Positions 7,456 to 17,084 of a stretch of DNA of 55,879 nucleotides are shown one piece after another. Within the stretch, counting starts at the first letter, position 1; each line of letters begins with the position of its first letter. Made by a program: the position numbers and the translations under genes. This DNA is from a virus (lineage: Duplodnaviria > Caudoviricetes). The notes beneath the pieces are model-generated. The model was not told the origin of the DNA. It saw nothing but the letters and a program-made list of their open reading frames with translations, and did not search any database. The stretch spans positions 1-55,879 of the IMG/VR virus record IMGVR_UViG_3300018079_000013; one strand, given 5' to 3'.

Positions 7456-7851
7456 ATGAGCGATCAGCCTTTGTTTGAGCCAGTCGATCCCGATTCGGAC
7501 GAAGCGAAGCTTATCAGTCAGAGCAATGAAGTAGACGAGCAGACTCTTGCAGAGATTCAATCGTGGAAAACTGCGTTTGAGCAAGAATTTCACGAAGCCG
7601 AAAGCGCTGCGAAATCAACACCGCTAACCATTCGCGCACAATTGAAGGAGCTTGTACCTGAAGCTCTTACGCGCATGGCGAAGACGATCAAGTATTCGCG
7701 CGATGAGAAACTTGCATTCGCTGCATCGAAATGGTTGCTCGATGCGATGCTTGAGAATAAAGGAAGCTTGTCACCGGATGACCCGCTCGTTGCCTTCCTC
7801 GAAGAGATGCGGGCTAAGGAAACTACAGAATCGCCGACGGGCGGTTCGTAA
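7456..7851 (+). CDS. Hypothetical helical protein, possible terminase small subunit
   Basis: First gene of the late operon; helical ALTRM...AASKWLLD pattern; TACTAT 7 nt before ATG suggests leaderless mRNA. Confidence 0.45.
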   Translation: MSDQPLFEPVDPDSDEAKLISQSNEVDEQTLAEIQSWKTAFEQEFHEAESAAKSTPLTIRAQLKELVPEALTRMAKTIKYSRDEKLAFAASKWLLDAMLENKGSLSPDDPLVAFLEEMRAKETTESPTGGS

Positions 7852-7857
7852 GGCACC

Positions 7858-8292
7858 TTGGCTCGCATCCCTGCCACAGCGAGAAAGCCACGACTGTTCA
7901 TAACAACGAACGTCGTTGGACTAGGCATCGAGGACAACTTCGAATTCTTACACGATAGGCCGTATCGGTTCTGTTGCATTTGCGGGCGCGTGTTTCAGTC
8001 AACACATGACCGTGTTTCTGTAAAGCGATACGATTCCGCTCATGTCGTGGATGGAGCTTTTGAACGGGTGCTATGGGCGCAGAGACATGCGTATTCACAT
8101 GCGCAGTGGCAACACGAGGACTTCAAGCGCAGTGGTTTATTTGTAACACCGGCTGCGGCGGAACGTCTCGTGCCTTTTGGGATCATTCCGGTACAGGACA
8201 TCGTAGAGAACGAAGAGTCGCGCCATGCCGGTTTGGTTGCACCACGTGCGCCTATCGATGACGCCGAAACTAGTTTGAAAGGATACAGATGA
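7858..8292 (+). CDS. Hypothetical protein, possible Zn-binding
   Basis: CCICG ... HAYSH. Confidence 0.6.
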   Translation: MARIPATARKPRLFITTNVVGLGIEDNFEFLHDRPYRFCCICGRVFQSTHDRVSVKRYDSAHVVDGAFERVLWAQRHAYSHAQWQHEDFKRSGLFVTPAAAERLVPFGIIPVQDIVENEESRHAGLVAPRAPIDDAETSLKGYR

Positions 8293-8432
8293 TCCTTCAA
8301 GTGGTAGGACAACTACCAAAAGGCGTTGAGCCCGCCATTATCAAAGTTGAGCCAGAGATGGGCACGTTCGAGATACAAGCCAAAGATGGGACTGTCCTTA
8401 CACAGGGACAATTTCGCATCATCTGTGGGTAG
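8289..8432 (+). CDS. 47-aa hypothetical protein
   Basis: ATGA-coupled ORF MILQVVGQLPKG... Confidence 0.5.
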   Translation: MILQVVGQLPKGVEPAIIKVEPEMGTFEIQAKDGTVLTQGQFRIICG

Positions 8433-8479
8433 TTAGTTTGAAAGCACGTTTGTAACAATTCGCACAAGGAAGGAGTGGG

Positions 8480-8926
8480 ATGCCATTTTATGAAGTAACG
8501 TTCGAAACCGGCCGAAGCTCGGTAGCGTTTTACGAAGATGACGCTGAAGCATTGTCGGCGTGTGGCGAACAGCATAAACGAGCTGCAAATGGTTTGCCTG
8601 GAGGCCCGGTTGCGGGCCATCCGCCTGGTCAGGAAGGAAATCCCAATTGGACGGCAGAAAGAATCAAGACTGTACGCGTGTATAAGGAACATCCGAACGA
8701 GTACAATCCTGAGCAGACGATGAGTGCGGATGTTGCAGCGAAAGAAATTGGTGCGCTCATCAAAAGCCTGGCAGATGAGAACGGCGTTATACTCTTGCCG
8801 ATCCTTGCGCTTCACGTTCAGGGGCTTTCGCACCCGATGGTAGCATCGAAGGAAAGCTCGTTCGACTCCAATTTCAAAATGGTGGAAGATCGAGAACTAA
8901 CACTTGCTTTCGAGGGCAACTCGTAA
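8480..8926 (+). CDS. Hypothetical protein
   Basis: AAGGAG RBS, 148 aa. Confidence 0.7.
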   Translation: MPFYEVTFETGRSSVAFYEDDAEALSACGEQHKRAANGLPGGPVAGHPPGQEGNPNWTAERIKTVRVYKEHPNEYNPEQTMSADVAAKEIGALIKSLADENGVILLPILALHVQGLSHPMVASKESSFDSNFKMVEDRELTLAFEGNS

Positions 8927-9489
8927 TGTACGAGCATCTTCATCATAGCGACGAGTTCGATATCGATGGGCCTATGGAGGTTCATCATGCAACTATCGTT
9001 TTTCAACGTATGTCGCAGATGGTTACGGATTATGTTCTTGGTAACCATGCAACGATTATTCCTCCGGCGTCGTGGACGATGGGCCTGGCAACTACGAACG
9101 TTGGTTCAGGTGGGGCTAACGATTATGCACGGAACAGTGTATGGTCAGTAACAGTCTCGCTTACGAACATTAACGAGATTGGTAGTACCACCGCTGCCGG
9201 TTATGCGCGACAGACGATCGCGCGAACTATCGCGCAGGGTGGAATCGACTGGAACACGTCAACCTTCGATAACACGTTTTCTACAGGTGGTCAGTCAACC
9301 GCTGCCGATCAGGTTACGTTCGGAGCATTTTCAGGAGCGCCTGATCCTAACGGTGCAAACTCGTGGGTCATTACTGAAGGTGCTACGTTGAATGCTGGCT
9401 TCCCACACGTAGCAGCGGATACTGCTGCAACACGAACGTTCGCAAATGGAGACACTGAAAAGGTAACGGCCACAATTAAGGCGGGTTAA
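8926..9489 (+). CDS. Virion structural protein (tail-fibre-associated type)
   Basis: EI...GYARQTI, TF...GD motifs; Gly/Thr/Ala rich. Confidence 0.6.
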   Translation: MYEHLHHSDEFDIDGPMEVHHATIVFQRMSQMVTDYVLGNHATIIPPASWTMGLATTNVGSGGANDYARNSVWSVTVSLTNINEIGSTTAAGYARQTIARTIAQGGIDWNTSTFDNTFSTGGQSTAADQVTFGAFSGAPDPNGANSWVITEGATLNAGFPHVAADTAATRTFANGDTEKVTATIKAG

Positions 9490-10014
9490 GTGGCAACGCA
9501 TCGAATCCCAATATTGGGGTTCGCTACTCGCCCCGACGATACAGGCGAGTGCTTTTTTGAGCCCGCCGATCTAAACTTTGGTTCGAGTGATCTTGCTCGT
9601 CAGTTCGTGCTCGCGTTGGGAAGTGCGCTTGCTGCGGCACCTACTGTGAAGCACGGTGTATACGGCGCATTCCGTGTACCTAAGAACTACGTGGGTTCGC
9701 CGGTAATCGTTATCGAGTGGTCAGCAACGCTTACAACGGGCGACGTAGTGTTCGATTTCGATTATAACGCCGTTGGTGGAAATGATGCAGAATCGCTTGA
9801 TCCAGCCGGGTGGCAACAAAGCGTAACTGTTACCGATACTGCACCATCAACGGCTCGTTTCAAACTGACTCCTACAGTGGCGCTTACGGCAGGAAACTTT
9901 GCGGTAGATGATATCGTGGAATTCTTCTTTGGACGTGACGGTGTTGACGCTGCCGATACGATGGTAGGACGCGCATACGTCATAGAGACAACCTTCGAAT
10001 ATGCTGACGTATGA
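9490..10014 (+). CDS. Putative virion structural beta-rich protein
   Basis: Operon context, beta-strand pattern. Confidence 0.55.
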   Translation: MATHRIPILGFATRPDDTGECFFEPADLNFGSSDLARQFVLALGSALAAAPTVKHGVYGAFRVPKNYVGSPVIVIEWSATLTTGDVVFDFDYNAVGGNDAESLDPAGWQQSVTVTDTAPSTARFKLTPTVALTAGNFAVDDIVEFFFGRDGVDAADTMVGRAYVIETTFEYADV

Positions 10015-11099
10015 GTAGAGACTTTCCAGGCACTAATAGTAATTACTTAGATGCTGGCGATGTTGCCGCAATCGATATTACTGGCACGGCGTTAACAGTT
10101 CATGCCTGGATAAGACCGGACGCATTAAGTGGCGTTCCTAGAATAGTAGGGAAGTGGGGAGCGACTTTAGGAGTACGACAATATCTCTTGGATATTCAGA
10201 CAGGAGGACAAGTCAGAGCATTTGTCGCTGATGCAGGTGGTAACGATCCAGCAAACGGCGTAACCGTTCTAAGCATTGGAGTATGGCAGGCCGTTGCGTT
10301 GCGTAAGAACGGTACAGGCGGAGATGCTTTACAAGCTTTTTTAAATGGGGTTTTAGATGGTACTGTTACGTCGAACCGTTCAATTCAGAATACGACTTCG
10401 GGCCTGAGATTTGGTAACGATGTCGGAAATGCTAATCCCTTCGATGGGTTAATAGCGGAAGTGGGAATATGGGACGTCGCGCTAACGGATGCTGAGATCG
10501 CTTCACTTGCTAAGGGGTTTAGTCCTCTTCTCGTTAGACCACAGAATCTTAAAGGGTATTGGCCGTTGTGGGGAACCGGATCACCCGAACGAGACTATTC
10601 AGGACTTGGTAGCCATGCAACAGTAACGGGTACTGTGAATGCAGGAAATAAGCACCCTCCTGTAATGCCGTTTGTCCTTCCTACGAGAATCGCACCTGCT
10701 GCTCCGGGGGTTTTATTTGTTGAATCGATACCAACGTTTCAGCAACAACCTTATGCACCGCCTATCACAAAAATTCCTGCGGGGCTGCGAAGACGGAAAC
10801 TTCCTAAGCCCGCAGATGATTTCGAAACGGGACAAGTTCCTGAAACTATCGATGCCGCAACGATCTACGTTGATATAGAAGCAAGTGGCGTTGACATAAA
10901 GGAAATGACCGATGCTGCCACTGTGTACATCGATATCACGAACACGGGCGGTGAATGCTACTCGGGGTTCTCCGGTGAAATGCTAGGCGAGGGCGAAGCT
11001 ACTTCTCGCTGGCGAACAGGGGCGTATCAGACTCGATGGTCAGGAGAGGTACAGGAACGATGGGTTCTTAGTGGACTATCAACTGAAAGTGGGTGCTAA
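10011..11099 (+). CDS. LamG/concanavalin A-like lectin domain minor structural protein
   Basis: TVHAWIRP, FLNGVL, FDGLIAEVGIWDVALTDAEI, LKGYWPL. Confidence 0.8.
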   Translation: MSRDFPGTNSNYLDAGDVAAIDITGTALTVHAWIRPDALSGVPRIVGKWGATLGVRQYLLDIQTGGQVRAFVADAGGNDPANGVTVLSIGVWQAVALRKNGTGGDALQAFLNGVLDGTVTSNRSIQNTTSGLRFGNDVGNANPFDGLIAEVGIWDVALTDAEIASLAKGFSPLLVRPQNLKGYWPLWGTGSPERDYSGLGSHATVTGTVNAGNKHPPVMPFVLPTRIAPAAPGVLFVESIPTFQQQPYAPPITKIPAGLRRRKLPKPADDFETGQVPETIDAATIYVDIEASGVDIKEMTDAATVYIDITNTGGECYSGFSGEMLGEGEATSRWRTGAYQTRWSGEVQERWVLSGLSTESGC

Positions 11100-11398
11100 T
11101 GCCAATTGGCCCGCTTGCGAAAGGGACAGATGAAACAATTCACGCGGACTACGTTGACCGTTCAGGAACTGTTACTGATCTTTCAGGTTCAGGCCCAACG
11201 TTTGATGTAATCGATTTCGCCGATGTATTCAAGGTTACCGCAGGGTCAGCTACGGCAAGCGGCTTGCGAATCTCGGTTCCGTTAGATACTAACTTTGGGG
11301 GTACATGGGTTGTAGGAGAGTACCGCCTGTTTGTGAAGTTTACAGTAGGTGCGGATGTAATTCGCAAAGGGCCATACTACTTTCAAATCGTACAGTAA
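11099..11398 (+). CDS. Small beta-sandwich adaptor-like virion protein
   Basis: TAATG coupling; similar to 16277..16603. Confidence 0.5.
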   Translation: MPIGPLAKGTDETIHADYVDRSGTVTDLSGSGPTFDVIDFADVFKVTAGSATASGLRISVPLDTNFGGTWVVGEYRLFVKFTVGADVIRKGPYYFQIVQ

Positions 11399-11408
11399 GG
11401 AGGAAAAG

Positions 11409-12194
11409 GTGAAGTGGATTAATCCGAAAACAGGCGAACTTGAGCGTCGTCCGCCTGGTCTATTGTATTCGCATCTTGACGAATACAATCCGTTCGATCA
11501 GCCAGTACAGGAGCACGGACGCGCTTTGATGGATCGTGTTCGTAGCCGCATGCCTGCGAGCGTTCGTGAATTGCTCGATAAGAGTGCGAAGACTCCGTGG
11601 GATGGAGAAGCAGTAAAGGCATCGAGTGTTGGTTGGCGCGACATGCTTACGCCTCGTCGTGTGCTGGTTGCTGACGGTGCAATTATCTCCAACATCACGA
11701 CCGAGACGATCATGGTGCCCGACTTCACGTTTGCTGCCGATTATCTCGAAGTGGGCGACGTGCTCAAGTATACGTTGTTCTTCGGTTGGTCAACCGTGAT
11801 TACAACGCCTGGTACTCTCACGCTTCGTTTGCGTTGGGGTGGCGTTGGTGGAGCCATACTAGCAGTGTCAGGTGCGTTCGCACCCGATCCTACGGCGGGT
11901 TCTACGTCGGTCACAGGTAAAGTCGAGTATGTCATGGTGTGTCGTTCGACTGGTACGGCAGGATCGGCAGTCACGATCGGTCACATGATTCCTGGCGGAG
12001 ACTTCGATGACGCATCTGCAACTACGCTCAAGGGCAACCTTGACATGTTGATGATTCCAACATCGGCGCCTGGCACGCCGGTTGCAATCGATACAACGAT
12101 CGCAAAGGCATTGTCGCCTACGGCACAGTTCTCAGTTGCAACGTCACCGACGAACCTCACAAACTATATCGCGTTGCTTGAGAGCCTGAACTAG
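11409..12194 (+). CDS. Putative virion structural protein
   Basis: AGGAGGA RBS; Thr/Gly-rich beta pattern. Confidence 0.6.
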   Translation: MKWINPKTGELERRPPGLLYSHLDEYNPFDQPVQEHGRALMDRVRSRMPASVRELLDKSAKTPWDGEAVKASSVGWRDMLTPRRVLVADGAIISNITTETIMVPDFTFAADYLEVGDVLKYTLFFGWSTVITTPGTLTLRLRWGGVGGAILAVSGAFAPDPTAGSTSVTGKVEYVMVCRSTGTAGSAVTIGHMIPGGDFDDASATTLKGNLDMLMIPTSAPGTPVAIDTTIAKALSPTAQFSVATSPTNLTNYIALLESLN

Positions 12195-13262
12195 ATGAAA
12201 CGCATTACTGTAATTGCCGTCACGATAGGTATTGCGCTTGGGCTTACAGGGTTTGCCCTAGCTACTCATACTACTGAGATCGAAAAAATCGTTTTGCCTT
12301 GGACGCTTGTTATTGGGGATGAAACTGTAACGGGTGAAACGACGATTACGGACACTGACGTTCTACCGCATGAAACAATCACAGGCCCGACAACGACCAT
12401 TACGGACACAACCATAACTACGGTGACTGTCACGGAACCGCCACCTACTACAACCACGGAGCCTACGCCTCCCGGCGATCTCGTCTGCACCACGGAGAAC
12501 TATTGGAACGAGGTTGAAAACAAGCAGGCATGGACGTGGGATGAGTGCAAAGTGGGAACCGTGATCGAGGTCACGAATGAGGAGTGGGCTTGCCGCGAGC
12601 CGATCGCAAACTACGGCCCGCTTCCGATCAAGGTCGTATCGCGTTGGAGTATTCCGAATCCTAGTGGCTCACCAAACATCGCAATTTCGATCAACTCGGG
12701 TTGCACCGCTTCCGCAGGTACGGCCATTAATCTGATCCCGGACGTGCAGGGTGTAAGCGGTGGGCAAATCTCGGATGCCTTCAAAACGCGTCAGGTTCCA
12801 GGGCCACAGAACATTCGCTTGACCGGAAGGCTCGGGTGTGGCGATCGGCTTGCCGCTGACCATCAGGACGGTGTGCAATTGCAAGGTGGCCGCGAAATCG
12901 CCTTCGTGAACATGGACGTTGGAGGGGATTACGAGGCTGGCGAGGCGAACTGCCAAGGAGCGGGCGGCGCATTTTTCTGGTCGATCAATGAGACGCTTGC
13001 GGTTATTCTCGGCGGGACGTACATCGGATGCAATCACGCACTTGACGTGCATTCCGGCGAGGCAGCACTTGGCTCAGGGGTTCGTAACGCGAAATTCCGC
13101 TCTGGGCGCAACTCAGGAAATGGTGGCCCGGCGGGTCTGTGTGAAAGAGCAGATGGGACGCCTTTCTTTACTTCGCCGCCGTGTCTTAATACGGGCAATC
13201 TTAATTTCTTCGATAACAATGTCTGTCAGCGCTGGAATGGTACGGCTTGGATAAATCAATAG
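12195..13262 (+). CDS. Signal-peptide protein with Thr/Pro linker and probable pectin-lyase-like beta-helix
   Basis: MKRITVIAVTIGIALGLTGFALA signal; TTTT/PPP linker; HQDGVQLQGG motif; many Cys. Confidence 0.55.
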   Translation: MKRITVIAVTIGIALGLTGFALATHTTEIEKIVLPWTLVIGDETVTGETTITDTDVLPHETITGPTTTITDTTITTVTVTEPPPTTTTEPTPPGDLVCTTENYWNEVENKQAWTWDECKVGTVIEVTNEEWACREPIANYGPLPIKVVSRWSIPNPSGSPNIAISINSGCTASAGTAINLIPDVQGVSGGQISDAFKTRQVPGPQNIRLTGRLGCGDRLAADHQDGVQLQGGREIAFVNMDVGGDYEAGEANCQGAGGAFFWSINETLAVILGGTYIGCNHALDVHSGEAALGSGVRNAKFRSGRNSGNGGPAGLCERADGTPFFTSPPCLNTGNLNFFDNNVCQRWNGTAWINQ

Positions 13263-13403
13263 ATGACACTTGCACTTCCAGTCGTTTCGAACGCCGTTCA
13301 CGAAAGTAACTTCGAGGCAACCCCGTCTCTGAGTCCCGGTACGCTCATTACGGCGAGCGCTACGCCACACACCAAGGGCGCGTGGATTGACGTGGTGCCA
13401 TAG
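13263..13403 (+). pseudogene. 46-aa truncated paralog of the downstream gene
   Basis: MTLALPV...LITASATPHTKGAW matches the N-terminus MTLALPV...LITAAGTAHVKGAW of 13404..14243. Confidence 0.65.
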
Positions 13404-14243
13404 ATGACGCTCGCGCTTCCCGTTCCTGCGTGGCTTGCGTTCGAGACGAACCTTACGGCTACGCCTGTCGCAGGGGCAGGAAACCTCATCACGGCCGCTG
13501 GTACTGCTCACGTCAAGGGTGCGTGGACGTCGTGTATCGATCCCGTGGACTATGACTCCTACGGTTTATGGATAGGACTCAACGATAGCGCGGTTGCGAA
13601 TACGCGCACGGATCAGTTGCTCGACATCGCTATCGGGCCGTCCGGAGGCGGCTCGGAACAGGTCATCGTCTCTAACCTGATCTGTGGTTGGAGTGCCACC
13701 GGAGCGGCGAGCGCAACCTACATGGGACGCAGATTCTTCCTGCCGATCTTCATTCCAAAGGGTGTTCGCGTCTCGGCACGCATCCAGGCGCTCATCGTCT
13801 CGGATACGATGCATTTACAGATCGGACTGCTCGGAGGGGAGTCGAATCTCGGCTGGCCTATCTGTATGGGAATGGACGATTATGGCGTCGATACGGCCAC
13901 ATCGGGCGGAACCTCGCATACCCCCGGAAACTCCGGTGCGTACTCGGCCTACACCAACTTGGGCTCGACTCTCTCCCGGAACTATAAGGGTGTCCTCATG
14001 CTCCCGCAGGGAACGATGAGTGACACGGTGATGGGGAGCCTCGCCTACTACTGGCAGGCAGCTATCTCTTCCGGCACGATTGCCTCGTGGCAATACGAGA
14101 CGACTACTGGAGAGAATGTGACCGGCCCGTGGCCGGGGCAGCCCTTCATGGCCGAGTTGCCATCGGGTACGCAAATGCAAGTGCGAGCGACCTGCTCGGG
14201 CACGGCCGAGGCACAAGATGTCGGGATGTATTGTCTCTACTGA
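13404..14243 (+). CDS. Putative virion/receptor-binding protein with internal duplication
   Basis: Two similar halves (...IPKGVRVSARIQ / LPSGTQMQVRAT). Confidence 0.6.
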   Translation: MTLALPVPAWLAFETNLTATPVAGAGNLITAAGTAHVKGAWTSCIDPVDYDSYGLWIGLNDSAVANTRTDQLLDIAIGPSGGGSEQVIVSNLICGWSATGAASATYMGRRFFLPIFIPKGVRVSARIQALIVSDTMHLQIGLLGGESNLGWPICMGMDDYGVDTATSGGTSHTPGNSGAYSAYTNLGSTLSRNYKGVLMLPQGTMSDTVMGSLAYYWQAAISSGTIASWQYETTTGENVTGPWPGQPFMAELPSGTQMQVRATCSGTAEAQDVGMYCLY

Positions 14244-14431
14244 TGGCGATCACGGCGACATACGTGGTATCTGACACGAAAAAGGTGGCTCATGTTCATC
14301 TACGCGAGAACGGAATTGATCTCGGTTCCTTCGTCGTGACCTTTACGAATCGTGCAAACCTACGAACGAAACTACAAGCCATACTTACCGAGTTGTCGGC
14401 TGAGTTAACTCGTATAAGAGGAGAGGTTTAG
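14243..14431 (+). CDS. Small hypothetical protein
   Basis: TGATG coupling, MAITATYVV. Confidence 0.55.
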   Translation: MAITATYVVSDTKKVAHVHLRENGIDLGSFVVTFTNRANLRTKLQAILTELSAELTRIRGEV

Positions 14432-14433
14432 CT

Positions 14434-14700
14434 ATGGGATGGCATGCAGGAGAGAAAACGACAACTGCGGAGAACGCAGTGCAAGTTGCACGAGAGTCAT
14501 TTGCTGAAAACCACGCAGAAGCTACAGAGGAAGAGAGAGCACAGTTTGATGCCGCTATTCTAGCTCTTGAATCCTTTGTTTTGCATGTAGATCCCGACCG
14601 AGTGATTAAAGCACGCTGTCAGGGTCATGTACGTGAATCTGATAGTGATAGAACCGGAACGTACATTTCAGTTACCGTAGCAGAACATATAACGAGCTGA
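14434..14700 (+). CDS. Hypothetical protein
   Basis: GAGAGG RBS. Confidence 0.6.
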   Translation: MGWHAGEKTTTAENAVQVARESFAENHAEATEEERAQFDAAILALESFVLHVDPDRVIKARCQGHVRESDSDRTGTYISVTVAEHITS

Positions 14701-14701
14701 A

Positions 14702-15052
14702 ATGGCAATCTCGGAACCATTTGCAGGTACGGAGGCAGTTGCAACAACTGAGTGGTCGATCACGACGGATACGTCCTATGATACCGCCGACGCGCAAACC
14801 GACGACGGAATCTACCAGGTTTGGCTCGACGTGAATGACATGGTTGCAGGCGATCAACTTCAAATTCGTCTTTATGAGAAAGTTGGCTCGGCCTCTACGC
14901 AACGCATCACGGATGAATTCATTCTCGTCGGAGCGCAGGCGACTCCAGCATGGGTATCAGTCACACTGATTCTGTTACACGGGTGGGATATAACGCTCGA
15001 CGCGCTAGCGGGCACGATTACGGTCGATTGGTCGATTCGTAAGGTCGCATAA
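14702..15052 (+). CDS. Putative virion structural protein
   Basis: Operon context; beta-rich. Confidence 0.6.
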   Translation: MAISEPFAGTEAVATTEWSITTDTSYDTADAQTDDGIYQVWLDVNDMVAGDQLQIRLYEKVGSASTQRITDEFILVGAQATPAWVSVTLILLHGWDITLDALAGTITVDWSIRKVA

Positions 15053-16276
15053 ATGTCGCACCCGCTTTACGGGCCTCTTCTACCTGGCGGAGCGCAGCTT
15101 CAGTCCGCTGGAGTAGAAGCTTCTCCTACATTCGTACAATCATCGAATGCTCCGGCATTCAATGTATTGCCTCATCTTTGGGCGAGGCGACGACCGGCAC
15201 AAGCTGCGGCTGATCCAGCGATCTTTGTATCCGTTGATTATGACGATCAGGATACGATCTATGTAGATATCCAAGTTAGTTCGGTTGAGCTAGCTGAGTT
15301 TGTTGATAGTAATGAAATCTACGTTGATATTCAAACATCGAGCGTTGAATTCGCTGAGTTTGTCGATATCGCTGAAGTCTATGTAGATGTTCAAACTAGC
15401 AGTGTTGAAGTAGCCGATTTTGTAGACAGTACCGAGGTCTATGTAGATATTCAGTCTTCGAGTACGGATATCCTTGATGCTGTTGATCAGGCTGAAACGT
15501 ATGTTGACATTCAACCTAGTGGTGTCGATGTTGCTGAATTTGTTGATAGTGATACTAGTTACGTCGATATTCAAGTTGACAGCGTTGATGTAGCTGATCT
15601 AGTCGAAAGTGCCGAAGTCTATGTAGATATCCAAGTTAGTTCGGAGGAAGTTTTTGTTTCAGCCGAGCCAACTTTTATACAATCGTCAATAGTTCCAGCA
15701 TTCTTAAAACTACCTCATCTATGGCAAAGAAGGCGACTCGCACGACCGGCAGCCGATCCTGGTATCGCCGTCGGTGTTGTTTATACCGAGGCAGATACCA
15801 TTTATGTCAATATCGATGTAAGTAGTGTAGAGCTTGCTGAGTTTGTTGACAGTGATCTAGTCTACATTGATCTCCAAGTCCAGTCAGACGATGTTGCACA
15901 ATTCACTGACGCCTCTGTGGTAGTTGTAAACCTAAGTCCATCGGCGGCAGAAATTGCTGACTTGGTTGATCTAGCGACGATCCTTGTTGATCTAGATGTC
16001 TTCTCTGTCGAATTCGCTGAGTTCGTTGATAGCAATACTGTAACAGTTTCCTTCTCTGTCCTTAGTGCAGAGGAGTTTTCTTACAGTGATGCAGCACAGG
16101 TCTATGTTGATATTCAACCAGGCTCAATTGTTATCCAGGTTGACTTTCTACTTGAAATCGTAGGCTGTGTAACTCGTTGGACAATCGAAGTACCGATTGC
16201 AAGTAGATGGGCACTTGTAGAAGCCATCGCAAGATGGGGAATCCTTGAGACAAGGAGTATCGTGTGGAGGACTTAA
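15053..16276 (+). CDS. Acidic 20-aa-repeat fibre-like protein
   Basis: About 13 repeats of YVDIQxSSVExAEFVDSxEV in two blocks. Confidence 0.75.
   Translation: MSHPLYGPLLPGGAQLQSAGVEASPTFVQSSNAPAFNVLPHLWARRRPAQAAADPAIFVSVDYDDQDTIYVDIQVSSVELAEFVDSNEIYVDIQTSSVEFAEFVDIAEVYVDVQTSSVEVADFVDSTEVYVDIQSSSTDILDAVDQAETYVDIQPSGVDVAEFVDSDTSYVDIQVDSVDVADLVESAEVYVDIQVSSEEVFVSAEPTFIQSSIVPAFLKLPHLWQRRRLARPAADPGIAVGVVYTEADTIYVNIDVSSVELAEFVDSDLVYIDLQVQSDDVAQFTDASVVVVNLSPSAAEIADLVDLATILVDLDVFSVEFAEFVDSNTVTVSFSVLSAEEFSYSDAAQVYVDIQPGSIVIQVDFLLEIVGCVTRWTIEVPIASRWALVEAIARWGILETRSIVWRT
15258..15660 (+). repeat. 60-bp degenerate coding tandem repeat (about 7 units)
   Basis: Identical 27-mer at 15258 and 15618, exactly 6x60 bp apart. 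Confidence 0.85.
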
Positions 16277-16603
16277 ATGGAAGTGCTTAAGAAGGGAACC
16301 GTCGAATCACTCCTAGTCCCTCTGCGCGACAGACTAGGAAACATTCTCACGCTTGCTAGTGTGACGAATCTCAAGTTCGATACGAAGAAGAAGGATGATG
16401 GTACTGCTTGCGAAACCAATAAGACAGCGACGTTTGACGTTGATCAACCAATGACGGCTATCTGCGAAATTGACACAACTCTGGCAGCGTATGTTATCGA
16501 AACCGATGATGACCACGAAGAGTTCAAGCTGTATCTCAAATACACGGCTGGCTCTGAAAGCCCCATTCTCGGGCCTGTCTTCTTTCGCGTAGAGGACGAT
16601 TAA
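16277..16603 (+). CDS. Small adaptor-like virion protein
   Basis: Paralog-like to 11099..11398 (KGT.E ... EY/FxLxxKxT.G ... GP.xF.). Confidence 0.55.
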   Translation: MEVLKKGTVESLLVPLRDRLGNILTLASVTNLKFDTKKKDDGTACETNKTATFDVDQPMTAICEIDTTLAAYVIETDDDHEEFKLYLKYTAGSESPILGPVFFRVEDD

Positions 16604-16863
16604 TGGCTGACGCAAGGGTAAATATAAAAATTGAAGGAAAGGTTAACATGCCCAGGGTGCTAACTGATATTGATTTGGATGAAGTTGAAATTGGCCTAGA
16701 GGATCAAAGGGTAATCGAGTGGCATTTGCAATGGTTGCGTCACGGAGGATATTCGAAGAAGAACGCAAAGTTGATTGCTTCCTCGAAGATCGATTGGCGT
16801 TTTGCAAATCAACTACTTAAGCGTTGCTCCGATGAAAAGCTAGCGATGAGAATCCTATTTTGA
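16603..16863 (+). CDS. Hypothetical protein
   Basis: Coupled ORF. Confidence 0.55.
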   Translation: MADARVNIKIEGKVNMPRVLTDIDLDEVEIGLEDQRVIEWHLQWLRHGGYSKKNAKLIASSKIDWRFANQLLKRCSDEKLAMRILF

Positions 16864-17084
16864 TAAAAGAAACTCCTCTAGGAAATTTCAAGAGGGTATC
16901 TAACGATCCCTTTACGGAGTTTTCGGACACATGGAAATTCGAATGTCCTAATTGTAAGCGATGGGACTATCTTGACAACGATCAATGGAATGGTCAAGTA
17001 TCTGTAGATCATTCTCCCGATTGTACTTACCACGAGACTCATAATTATAAGGCCGCTCTGCTAGAAAGTTTTAGGCATGATTGA
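16860..17084 (+). CDS. Small Zn-binding hypothetical protein
   Basis: CPNC ... H..DC. Confidence 0.5.
   Translation: MIKETPLGNFKRVSNDPFTEFSDTWKFECPNCKRWDYLDNDQWNGQVSVDHSPDCTYHETHNYKAALLESFRHD

Noticed and set aside
11409-14243. Genome-wide TAG reassignment
   Set aside because: Conserved genes (polymerase, terminase, capsid) are intact in the standard code, TAG ends many genes normally, and no suppressor tRNA was seen
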